DNA of 63,452 nucleotides, filler included, from Craspedostauros australis (GCA_030167865.1; 13 parts of 13 records of this genome joined end to end with filler, not necessarily neighbours in it), one strand, 5' to 3'. Counted from the whole stretch's first letter, positions 23,572 to 34,607 are shown. Notes: generated by a model from the sequence alone, not told the origin. Made by a program: numbers and translations.

Positions 23572-23715
23572 GAGGCATTCGACAGCTCGCTCAAAGCACG
23601 GTCCTAAGGGGCCGGTGGCGGCGAGGGTAAAGCCTACAGGCACATTCCTAATGTAATCACTGAGTTATTATNNNNNNNNNNNNNNNNNNNNNNNNNNNNN
23701 NNNNNNNNNNNNNNN

Positions 23716-23727
23716 TTAATTAATTAA
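23716..23727. other. Artificial contig linker TTAATTAATTAA in N-runs (also at 26123, 28678, 34552, 37871, 39056, 43076, 50225, 53016, 54371, 60662, 62034)
   Basis: Identical 12-mer giving stops in all six frames, always flanked by equal N-runs. Confidence 0.98.
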
Positions 23728-23771
23728 NNNNNNNNNNNNNNNNNNNNNNNNNNNNNNNNNNNNNNNNNNNN

Positions 23772-26078
23772 TCCACCTCTCTATTCTGCGTCTTGTGCTG
23801 CAGAATGAGCAAGGCCATGTGGATGGTGTGACCAGTGCTACGATCGATGAGGACGGCATCATCTCCAACGAACAGGCACTCTCTGAACTCCTGGAACAGG
23901 CCGTCCTCGAGCGTCTGGTCAACAACCCCATCGGNNNNNNNNNCGTCTGGTCAACAACCCCATCGGTGGCACCATGTACAACTTCGCCCATGATCGCATC
24001 CAGCAGGCTGCGCATGGAATGATCCCTAATGGCGAGGTCCGCGACAAGCTGCGGTTGCGCATCGGCCACTGCCTGCTGAAGAACTACCGGCTCGGACGGA
24101 ATGACGACGATCCCTTGAAGGAGAATGACGATGACGACGAGCATGTCAAGTCCAAGGCACCATGCCATAAGCGGCTGCAACAGCACAGCATGCCAGCGCA
24201 ATCAGCACAATCAACGCACTCTACCTCGCAGACGAAACCATCCAAGTCGTCATCCTCACGATTGGACGAGATCGAAGGCCTTCTCTTCGTGGCAGTTGAT
24301 CATCTCAACAGCATCCAGACCAAGGACCACATGTTCACCGTCATGATGAACCTCGAGGTTGGCGAGAAGGCGTTGCAGATGGGAGCCTTGGAATCGGCAT
24401 CCAACTACTTGGAGAAGGCGTTCACTGCCTTGCGTCGAGTGAAGAATCATGCTTCCCCCACCAACAACAGCACCAACTCCAGCAGCAGTGCTGGCAGTAT
24501 CAGCAGCACTTCTTCCGTCCAACAAGCTGCCCATCTCTCAGCGTGGGACAATGCAGAGCACTACGACGCGTGCTTGCGACTGTACCACGCCCGCTGTGAC
24601 GTGGAGCTGTCGCTGAGCCACTTCGAGGCTGGGTACAAGCTCGGCTACGAAGTGTTGGACAGGGCTCGGTCGCTTGAAGACAAGCTCCCCACGTACTTCG
24701 CGATGGCCAAGGCGCTGGGCAGGGAAGATCGTCATCTGGATGCCCAGCAACTCGACAAACGAGCGCTCCGAGCGATGAAAGAGTTCCCGAAGAGATGGCA
24801 CTTGCTGCGCAGCGCCAAGATGCTGCTGGATATCAAGTCGTTCCTGAAGAAGAACACGAACGAGCAGATCATGTCCTTGCCGCTCATGACAGATCCGGGT
24901 CAGATCTACAGCATGAGGATCGGCACCGACTTCGGCATTCGCTCCAACCTCATCCGCAAGGTGGTTCCGTACCTCTTCAATCTGTTCAGGACGATTCAGT
25001 GTACCATTCGGTACGGCATCACCGAAGACGCGGCACCTGCTTTCGGAGCCTATGGCATCCTCATGAGTAGCATAGGAGACCAAACGATGGCGCAACGCTG
25101 TGCCGATCTTGCAACCGCAGTCATCGATAAAACCAACGGAAAGTCGAAGAGCGCGATTGTTTCCATGATCAGAACCAACTACATCATCTCTTTCACCGCT
25201 CCTTTTCTCCAGCTAATGCGGGAATGTCGAAAGGGGCATCACGATTCGATGGAAGTTGGAGAGTTTGAGATGGGCATCGCGAACTACCAAACTACTATCA
25301 TGATGGGTCTTGCAATTGGATGCTCGTTGCCTACTCTGATCAAGGCGTCCCATTCAGTGCATCAAAAAATCGCCATCCACCAAGTTCGTTCCTTGGGCGA
25401 AATGGCTGGGGGAATGGCCCAGATGTTGAAATGGTTGGCTGGTGATGAGGCGATCCCATGGCAAGACTTCGAGGCTGAAGCCGCACGAGGTCTCGACAAA
25501 GAGTCATTGGATCCATCTGAAATTTCCTCAGATACGATGAATCTATTTGCTCGAGAGTCGATCTTGATTTACCATCGGCGGTATGAAACCGCGGAACGCT
25601 TCTACGACTCATTTGACTTCTTTGCTTCCAAAGACCCAGCCTATCTGATGGTTATGGCCTCACCCTTCTTCGCAGGCCTGATCGCGGCGGGAAGGTACAG
25701 AGAGACAGGACACCGCCGCCATCTCGCAACCCTGCGCAAGTCCATCAAGACCCTCCGCAACATCGGCAAGACCAGAGGAAGGAACTGGATNCACAAGGCA
25801 TTCTTGCTCGAGGCTGAAAAGCGCTCGATCACTATCAAGAACAAGCGCCATTCCAGAATCCAGAACGCGTACAACCTGGCGATCGTCACCGCCGCGCAAT
25901 CTATGTGCGTCCATGATGTAGCTCTCGCCTGTGAGCTGGCAGGCGAGCACTATGCTCAGAACGATGCCCCAGACCTGGTCAGCGACTACTTCGACAACGC
26001 TGTTGATCACTACACAGCATGGGGATGCAAGACCAAGGTGGATGACATCAAGGAACGACGTGGCCAATTCGTCACCAC
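23772..26078 (+). CDS. C-terminal (winged-helix/TPR-like) part of a STAND/AAA_16-type ATPase; partial
   Basis: YNFAHDRIQQAA, LFVAVDHLN, HKAFLLEAE, ALACELAGEHY, YTAWGCKTKV resemble the C-terminal region of cyanobacterial multi-sensor kinase AAA ATPases. The apparent frameshift at 23911-23966 is a duplicated overlap across a small gap. Confidence 0.8.
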
Positions 26079-26178
26079 NNNNNNNNNNNNNNNNNNNNNN
26101 NNNNNNNNNNNNNNNNNNNNNNTTAATTAATTAANNNNNNNNNNNNNNNNNNNNNNNNNNNNNNNNNNNNNNNNNNNN

Positions 26179-27467
26179 CCCGTTTTGGTCCTGATCTTGT
26201 TGGCGAGCGAATCCAGTGCAGGAATTTCTTTTTCGCGGAAGAATTTCTTGAGGCTATACTTCGGCTTGGGCTTATCAGGAGGACCACCTGTTTCCTTGCT
26301 GCCTGTGATCTCCAGTGCTTGGAAGTACAGTTCACCCTTCACACGAGAGATTTTGTTGGGATCTGGAAGGAGCTTGTACTCGGTTGGCGAGATCCAAGTT
26401 CGCTTGTACGTATTCTTCTGCGCTGGGACCATGCGCCCAACACGTTCAAAGCTGACCCGATACGCCTTTCCTCCTTTTGCAAAACAGTTATTTGTTGGGG
26501 CGAACGCTGTTGATGCAATCGCCATGGTCTTTTCGATGTGGCACTTGTGGTGCACAGCATGGTCAACAGGCTTAACTCCCATCTGGGGCACATGTTTGAG
26601 GTTGCGCCAAGCGACAATAGAGTAGAACCACTTCTCGTCCATGTGGACAACAACAACTTGCGTATTTGGGAACCGCTCAGCTGATTCCCAGAACACACAG
26701 AAGTCCTTGGCCCAGATCTCGCGCTTTGTCTTGATGATGCCCTTGATCTTGGGGAGCATTGTTGTAGAACGGTATTCGCTGCCCTTCAATCCCATCACGT
26801 ACGTTCGGATGGTGTCTTTGCAGACGCATTGGACGTTGCCCCTTCCTGCTAGTTCGCGTGCAACATCGTCCCACGAGAATGCGCCATTGCATCGTTGCAA
26901 CACATCCTGGAGCTCAAATTGCTGGAACGGACCGCGCTCCAACCACAAATCAGACAGAGCTTTTGCGGATGCCAGGTCTTCAGGAGAAGCATGGTCAAAG
27001 GCATCAGAGATGTCATCAGTTGTCAACCGTTGTCTTGGATGTTTAAGCCGCATTTGCTTTGCAAAGATGGCACGCGCCGTGAAGTATTGCTGTTGCTTCT
27101 TGGGGCAGGTGAAGATGGTGTTGCCCGCGTCGCTGCGCTTCTTCCGTCCCAGCTTGTTCTATTGGAAATTCTTGATATTCCGGGCAACAGTGGTGCGGTC
27201 AACATCCCAAGCGTGCGCGATCAATTTCATGTTGGCTGGGATCGCACCCAAATTGAAGTAGAGAACGATGTAGGTTTGCTGTTCATCTCTGCCAAGTTGT
27301 TTCTTTCTATTGGTGGTCTTAGTGTTGCTACGCCCTCTATCCTTTCGCATCCATCCTTTCGTTGTTGCGCCTTTCTCCATCTGCTTCGTGAGACGGGCGA
27401 TGGCTGCTGTCCTGTGCTCTCGTGCCAGCTCGAGAAAAGCAGCGATTTTGGCTTCTTGCGATTCCAT
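26179..27467 (-). pseudogene. Tc1/mariner-superfamily (plant-mariner-like) transposase with one in-frame TAG; 3' truncated by contig end
   Basis: VVVHMDEKWFY first-catalytic-Asp motif; HTH-like LIAHAWDVDRTTVAR; RKKRSDAG; ORFs 27159..27833 and 26127..27053 are in the same frame, separated only by TAG at 27159-27161. Confidence 0.8.
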
Positions 27468-28269
27468 GGTAGTTGGGGATGGTGTGGGGGGCTTAGCCTT
27501 GTTGTTGACACGTGTAGCAGCGACGGAGCGATGCTGGGGAGAAAGGAGGGAAGGCTTAGCAAGGCCACCAGCGTTTGGAGTCTGTGCGAAGGTAGCAAGG
27601 CTGTGTGGTGCGCACAGATCCTCACGAACGATGTACATTTGGCGTTGCCTCATCACTGGGGTCACCATGACCATCGCCACCTCTCCTGGTGCAAGAGGCT
27701 CATCGCGTTTGACTGTAGCACCTTCAACAGTCAGCTTCATCAGCGACTGGACATGGCACACACCGAGGTCATGAACCCTGCCACGTGAGTCCGTGTGGGA
27801 TGACACGTTCACACAGTCACCAGCGAGCATCATGCTTGCAAGCTGAAGATCACAGTGATTGCAGGATGATGTGAATTTTGTTAATGGAGGCTGCAGTGTA
27901 CTTCAAAGGGGCATCGCGACGCACATCAGAAACACGAGGACAGCGACACAGCGCATCGCATCACCAGCCATCAACGCACAGCACAGCACAGCGCAGCGCA
28001 TCACAAGGGGCATGGGCAACATTGGATGGTCACAAGGTGCATCGTATCGTCCACTCTCTCCGATGTGGAGGGTCACAGTCATTGTACATTGTTGTACAAC
28101 CAATGGCTACAAGCAGCAGAGAATCAACAGCAGCTCGTCCCAGATGCGCAATGTTTCCGTTGTCCACTTTGTGACGATTGTCGGAATGTGTGTACTCGGA
28201 TGTGTATGCATCAGTCACACTTGCTTGCCGCCATCTAGACTATTCAGTGGCGGAATCACGACACAAAAC

Positions 28270-28392
28270 TATGACGTCACAGGGATACCATCGCTGTACC
28301 ACGAATACACCGCGATACTACGACGCCAGGATACCGCGATACCAGCGGATACCACAGTATCCATCACACGTGACGTCACATCGAGACCTTAA
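28270..28392. repeat. Cluster of GATACC/GTATCC and TGACGTCAC motifs, probable subterminal repeats of a DNA transposon end
   Basis: At least four GATACC copies, one inverted copy and two TGACGTCAC, ending at GAGACCTTAA upstream of the transposase. Confidence 0.5.
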
Positions 28393-28733
28393 CTACCAGG
28401 TCTACAGGAATGAAATATGTTGTGAATATTCCATCAGATTCGATCAATCNTCAGNTTCAACAAAACCNGAGAANGGAACAACNACGAGACAACGAGAGAG
28501 AAACNACAANGTTGACGATNAAGTCAACATCAACGAGCAACATGAGAGCAATGTGCATGAAGGTGCAAGAGGATTGCACCAAGCAATGAGAGCAAGGAAG
28601 AGATGGATCAAGAGAGCATCTTGATCATCTCATNNNNNNNNNNNNNNNNNNNNNNNNNNNNNNNNNNNNNNNNNNNNTTAATTAATTAANNNNNNNNNNN
28701 NNNNNNNNNNNNNNNNNNNNNNNNNNNNNNNNN

Positions 28734-30329
28734 GATCCTTTCCATCATGAGTTTGAATTCAGTAATGACGTTCGACATGTCCATGTAGTAGGAGGACAAG
28801 GCGGTGTGTGAAGTGCCGCATCTTGTCAGCAGCTTGAGGAGGTCGTGGAAGGTGGGAAAGCCGACTGCATTCTCATTGCCCTTGATGTAGTCACGGAACA
28901 GTTCCCTTGGAGGAGTACTGTCGCGAACAAAGATTGGCAAGTTATCGTAGACAATGCCATCTAGCATCACAGTACGCGATCTGCCGCCCTTGTAGTGCCC
29001 GATGGTTGTGATGTACGAGATGGCATTCTTGAGGGAGTCTTCGGGTGGACGGAAAGGCCGCTCTATTTTTGGAATTGACTTCCCAGATAGAAGCGTGTCC
29101 GCCAAATCCTTCAATCGACTGTGTGTTTCTCGGCGCATGGCGATTCGACTGTCGAAGACCATGGCTTGCTCTTCTGATGGTAGGGCACAATGATGGGATT
29201 GTAGTATGCGCTCGCATTCTGTGGCTCCACATGTGCATGCCAGCATTGCACGTGCAGCTCTAGAGAAGTCGTCGTTTCCAAAGAAGGCGAAGTGACAGAC
29301 GGTCTCCTCTAAACCTGTGAGAGAGAGAGCCTTGTTGTGCCGGACATACTTGATGACATTGCACAGTTGGGGTGGAGCCATCGTGTTGGGGGCAGCTGCA
29401 TTCCAAAAGATAGAAACATGCTCTTCCCATGCTCGTTCCATGGAGTCCCAATGATATCTGTTGGACTTGATTGAAATCCCTGGGTATCCGCCCTTCAAGA
29501 AGTTTCTGAGCGCGCCTGGATCCCTGCCTGTCATCCTGAAGAGGGATAGGAGCTTCTGCTTTGCAGACATATCCTCTGTCCAGGTTGGCCATCCAGGTTC
29601 TGCAACTTCATTGTTGACGATGGTGTCACCCATCATCATATCATCATTGCAATTGTTGTCAATGCTGGTTGGAACTGGAGCACACATGACAATGCTGCGA
29701 TTTGCTTGGAAATGCGGATGAGATGCTGCTTCGGAGTGGTGTTGATTCCCATCATCCTGGGCAAAGCCAACCTGCCCAGCTCCTTCATGGCTTGCTCCAC
29801 ATTGCAGGCAGAACGAGAGTCTCGCATATACCGGATTGCAGCAACCATAGAACACGATACCACAACCTTGGCATTTCAAGTTGCCAAAGCAGGTGATTGG
29901 CATGCCGTGTGCGATTGGTGGCATTGGAGAGGTACCGTATGGAGCAGGCGTGGCAACCATAGGTGGCATGGGGTAGTTTGGGATGCCAACAAAAGCAGAA
30001 TGCAAGTTTGCATCATACCCAACAGTTGGCATTGCAGCGTTGTAGTGCCCACCTCCTGTGGGATAGTTGTAGTTGGCATGCGTTGGAGGGGATGCAGGGG
30101 TTGGACCGTAGAGAATGGTTGGGTAGTTGGCGAGGGGTGGGGATGGTACAAAGCACGCCACTGGTGCAATCATCCTAGATTGGTCATGAGACACCAATGG
30201 CACGAAGAGGAGAGCATAAGGGTTGAGCCCCTGGCGAGGAGAGTGGACATCGCGACCTTCGAGAGGACGGTGAACCTTTGGTGAAGGCTGGTGGGCGTTG
30301 GCAGGAGAGTTTGGGCGTGGGTGGCTCAT
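28734..30329 (-). CDS. Partial unknown protein, probably transposon-encoded (Pro-rich N-terminus, CxxC...CxxC finger)
   Basis: Open ~530 aa to the contig end; CQGC..CLQC; the C-terminal segment resembles my recollection of N-terminal regions of large Sola3-like DDE transposases. Confidence 0.55.
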
Positions 30330-31019
30330 GATCTGAAGGTGGTGGCAGGGCAAACGAAGGAAGGTGATGGGTGGATTGATATAGACAATCGAAGATACTG
30401 TTGGAATCAGTGCTTGCTGGGTGTTTCTGGACATGTGATGAGGAACAGGACAGCTCCAAGAACCACAGCCTGAGAGATCGCAACAGACTCAACGAAGAGA
30501 AGGAGGAGGACGACGATGGTGGAAAGCCCACAGCACACCTGAGACACCAGTACATGTATGCACACATGTCTGCATTTTCCAAAGTGATGTGCCTGTGGGT
30601 GTCATCAAAATGAGCAGCTGTCCCAGACAAACCGAGCGTCAAACATACCATCTGCAACATGTCGTCTGCGACATTTTTCGATACTGGGACCAGTGGAGCA
30701 GAAAGTTGACAAATGGAGCTTTGACTATACTGAATGCACAGGCAGCTGTCTCCTTTGATGAAATCAATTGCACGATCATTGATGGGTCTGCCCCAGGAGA
30801 AGCATACCATCAGAGTTGTGAACAGTTGAAGCAAACAATTTGGAGTGGTTTTGGCAGTCTGTTATAATCTACAGTTGTATCCATATCCCGCCTCTCTTCT
30901 TGTCTTGTTTATCAGTCTATTGTATACATATCTACAAGCATCAAGAATCAATTTGGTTTGATGGTTCAAGGTTGATCTACTACAAACCTTGATATCGTTG
31001 CTGCCGTTACTATTATCGT

Positions 31020-32035
31020 TACTGTCGCTGCTGTCGCTTCGCTGGCATCGCTTCGCCGGCATCGCTTTGCCGGCATCGTTTTTGCCGCCATTGCTTCACC
31101 GCTTTTGCGTTCACAGCCATTGCTTTGCCACCATTGCTTCACTGCTTTTGCGTTCACAGCCATTGCTTTGCCGTCATTGCTTTGCTGCCGTTGCTATTGC
31201 AGCCATTGCTTCACCGCTTTTGCGTTCATCGCCATCGCTTCGCTGCCATTGCTTTGCTGCTTTTGCATTCACTGCCATTGCTTCGCAGCCATTGCTTCAC
31301 CGCTTTTGCGTTCATCGCCATCGCTTTGCTGCCATTGCTTCATCGCCGTTGCTTTGCTGCTTTTGCATTCACCGCCATTGCTTCGCTGCAGTTGCTATCG
31401 CAGCGATTGCTTCACCGCGTTTGCGTTCATTGCCATCGCTTTGCCGCCATTGCTTCATCGCCATTGCTTCGCTGCTTTTGCGTTCACAGCCATTGCTTTG
31501 CCGCCATTGCTTCACTGCTTTTGTGTTCACAGCCATTGATTCACTGCTTTTGCATTCATCGCCATTGCTTCGCTGCTTTTGCATTCACTGCCATTGCTTT
31601 GCAGCCATTGCTTCACCGCTTTTGCGTTCATCGCCATCGCTTCGCTGCCATCGCTTCGCTGCCATCGCTTCGCTGCCATTGCTTCATCGCCATTGCTTCG
31701 CTGCTTTTGCATTCACCGCCATTGCTTCGCTGCTGTTGCTATCGCAGCCATTGCTTCGCCGCTTTTGCGTTCATCGCCATCGCTTCACCACCATTGCGTT
31801 CATCGCCATTGCTTTGCCGCCATTGCTTTGCCGCCATTGCGTTCATCGCCATTGCGTTCATCGCCATTGCGTTCATCGCCATTGCGTTCATCGCCATTGC
31901 TTCGCCGCCATTGCGTTCACTGCCATTGCTTTTGCCACGGTTTCTTTCGCCGCCACTGTCGCTGCTTTCGCTGGCGTTGCTTTCACTGTTGTTGCTATCG
32001 CCGCCTTGCTGCCGTCGCTGTTGTTGTGGTCGTGA
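31020..32035. repeat. ~1-kb degenerate minisatellite built from GCCATTGCTT / CGCTTTTGCGTTCA(T/C)C subunits
   Basis: Dozens of GCCAT(T/C)GCTT copies with a ~29-bp higher-order unit and a 15-bp unit (GCCATTGCGTTCATC) near 31833-31900. Confidence 0.95.
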
Positions 32036-32460
32036 CGACGATGAACGTGGCCACTCCATTTGATGAAGCGGCGAATTGTGTGCGGATGGGACTGCCCCTC
32101 TTTGTCTGCGGGTCGCAAACCGCTGGTGCTGCGTTTGGCCTCAACTCACAGGGAGCAACGGTAATAATGGCAATTACCATAGGTCGAAAAATAGCTGAAG
32201 TGAAACATGTATGCCACAACGACTTGGAGTGACAAGCTGTTGGCAAGTTCCGGACCTCGGAAGCCTACTAGCTGCACTCAATGAAAAACGGTGTCACGAT
32301 AGCACTAGTTGTGGAGTTTTGGCCCCTTGTTGCCACTGGTTTGCTTGCTTTTGGGAGAAACGGCGATTGGATATTTAGAGCTATTTCGTGTTTGATCTCG
32401 CTGATCCGTCTTCTACGTCACAGGGGACGGATTCCACGTCATGAAAAACGAGTCACAACA

Positions 32461-33489
32461 GGACCGTCCGGTACTTGGATTAGTCGTGGATAAATAAGAC
32501 GGTTTATTGTTCGACTCATTAGACTATTACAATATCAGATTCGTGGGTTCGCGCTTCAATCCTGCGGAAACATGCTTGGAGACTGAATATAACGGTTTGA
32601 TTAATTTCGTAACGGTTAGAGAGCAGGACAGGCCAGCCAACACGGAACACTTGAGTGTCTTCCTGTCACCGTTCTGAATCAGAATGCTCATTCTGAATTC
32701 AGAATCAGAACTTCTGAAGTTCTGAATCCGTTCTGACTCTGTTCTGAATCCATTCTGAAAGTCTGAATGCTGTCGCGGATGCAAGTCAAGTTCTGCACAA
32801 GATTGTCGTCATTTGAAACATGGCGCATAACATCTACTAACGCCTTCCTAACATGACAAGTTGGTAACACAACAGCCGCTTCTTCGTTGTTTGCTTCCAA
32901 GCACCCACACGCAAATAATCGATAGCTACTTCATTGTCTCCGTTTCTGTTGCTGCATGCTTGCAACTCTTCACTCATCAGGTTGCAAGTACGTACTCTTC
33001 AACTTTCGATGGCTGACAAGATAACATTCCACCAAAGAACAGAATACTGAGTAGAGCAACATGTTAGCCTTCGTCATCACATCAGCTACGACATCTTTTT
33101 TGGTGCCAAGATGGTTCGGCTCGTGGTCATGTTGTTGATGTCGCAGCGAAGCCCCCGCGACGATCACTGGGGGAGACACTCTCGATTCAGAATCAGAATG
33201 GAAAAAGTCAGAAGTTCTGAAGTTCTGACTCCGTTCTGAATCGGTTCTGAAAGTCTGAATCCGTTCTGAATTGGAGTCTGATTCTGAATCATTCTGAATC
33301 ACGCCAGCCGTGCTATCTAACATGGAATAAGACCGACATGCGAAACGTCAATATAACGTCCGTTACTATTCAAATTATTGCTTGAAGACAGAACAGGGTT
33401 ACGCGGGACTCAATTCGAAACGTTATGAAGTTCTGATGGCGGTCTGTCCGTCGGTTTTATCCATGACTAATCCAAGTACCGGACGGTCC
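32461..33489. mobile_element. Non-autonomous DNA element with 34-bp terminal inverted repeats and internal TTCTGA/TCAGAA arrays
   Basis: 32461-32494 GGACCGTCCGGTACTTGGATTAGTCGTGGATAAA versus 33456-33489 reverse complement with one mismatch; repeat blocks at 32672-32768 and 33185-33300. Confidence 0.8.
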
Positions 33490-33721
33490 AGAGGAAGAGA
33501 CATCGTGTGGCTCTTCCTCCGCAAGACACGATGATGACCGTGTGCAGCAACAACAGAATGTGCCATGCCAGGACAGCCAACAACACTCCACGTTGACCAA
33601 TCTCACAATGGAAACCAGCAACATCCAATCGTCTTGGAATACGACGAAGCGCATTGACGAGCTGTCCGACGCAGACTGAAAGAGCACTATCGAAAAATCA
33701 CAAGGGGAGAGCAAAAGCAAA

Positions 33722-33792
33722 GTACCATGCCGGGATTCGAACCCAGAACCTCAGTTAGAATTACTGGTGCTCTACCGTTGAGCTACAGGCAA
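33722..33792 (-). tRNA. tRNA-like sequence / pseudo-tRNA (nominal anticodon position reads TTC, non-canonical loop)
   Basis: TA-GCTC-AACGGTA-GAGC D arm, CTGGG-TTCGAAT-CCCGG T arm, CAGT/ACTG anticodon stem, downstream TTTT; acceptor stem pairs only with a 1-nt gap. Confidence 0.7.
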
Positions 33793-34025
33793 TGCGATTG
33801 CTGATCCGAACACAAGTGAAATTTATAGATAGCGGGGGCTACGGGAGTAACGTACTTAGCACTATTCGGTTTTGTGCTGATACAGACGAAACAGTAGCAG
33901 CACAAGCCGCAACCGCTGATGTCTACAATAATGCAGACGATTCCAAATGCGAAGACACATCCTTCCTCACCATCTATCCAAAGGTCATCAATATCGTCAA
34001 CGATGACGAGCTGGATACCGATGCA

Positions 34026-34507
34026 TGTTGGCAAGTTCCGCTCACGGTAACCTACGAACGTGGAAGATGATGTTGGTTGATAGTCGTCTGTTTGCTATTT
34101 CATTACGTTGGCTACTCCGATACTCTCGGTGTCCGTTCGTTCTCTTGCCCGATGCTCTTGGCGCTTCAATCTGTTTCGTAGATTCAGTCTCCGACTATGA
34201 GTCGGTACGCGAGATCCTCTCTCGCTCTCTCTGTATTCTCTCTCTCTCTCTCTCTCTCAACATCGTGTACTCATACTACACGATATTCCGTGTTCAATGC
34301 GTACTCCGCATTCGACACTCCGTTCGTTCAGTACTGGCTTTTACTCCATGAGTACTTACCATTTGAAGTTCACCTTCAGTATTCATGATGCTGATGCCCT
34401 TCGGTCATCGGATCTTCGCCTCTTGCTCTGACTTGGAGACAGCTGTTGACGTGGTGACATGTTGACATCCTGTCGACGTCAGTGGGTGTCCTTCTGCTCT
34501 CCAGATG
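34026..34507 (-). mobile_element. LTR fragment of a Copia-type element, cut by contig end
   Basis: Begins TGTTGGCAAG and shares blocks TCTGTTTGCTATTTCATTAC and GAGACAGCTGTTGA.GTGGTGACA with the LTR at 51806. Confidence 0.7.
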
Positions 34508-34607
34508 NNNNNNNNNNNNNNNNNNNNNNNNNNNNNNNNNNNNNNNNNNNNTTAATTAATTAANNNNNNNNNNNNNNNNNNNNNNNNNNNNNNNNNNNNN
34601 NNNNNNN

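Larger units (their letters stand above)
15453..23671 (+). mobile_element. Near full-length non-LTR retrotransposon with RNase H (Ambal/L1-like); 5' end undefined, 3' end at contig break
   Basis: Two long intronless tandem ORFs, an A-rich spacer and a ~100-nt 3' UTR ending TTATTATA. Confidence 0.9.

Noticed and set aside
23911..23966. 23-bp direct repeat and apparent frameshift in the ATPase gene
   Set aside because: The copies flank a 9-N gap; collapsing them restores one ORF.
31020..32035. CRISPR array or antifreeze-like Ala-rich protein
   Set aside because: No unique spacers, eukaryotic context, no cas genes; the ORFs follow from repeat composition.
32935..32990. Hammerhead ribozyme around minus-strand CTGATGAG
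   Set aside because: The motif sits in a simple hairpin loop; no stem II/GAAA/stem III arrangement.
32672..33300. Heat-shock elements in the GAA/TTC arrays
   Set aside because: Spacing is GAA-n-TTC-n-GAA (1 nt), not the nGAAnnTTCn pattern.
33722..33792. Amber-suppressor tRNA (CTA) that would read the mariner TAG
   Set aside because: CTA is not centred in the loop given the stem, and the acceptor stem is defective.
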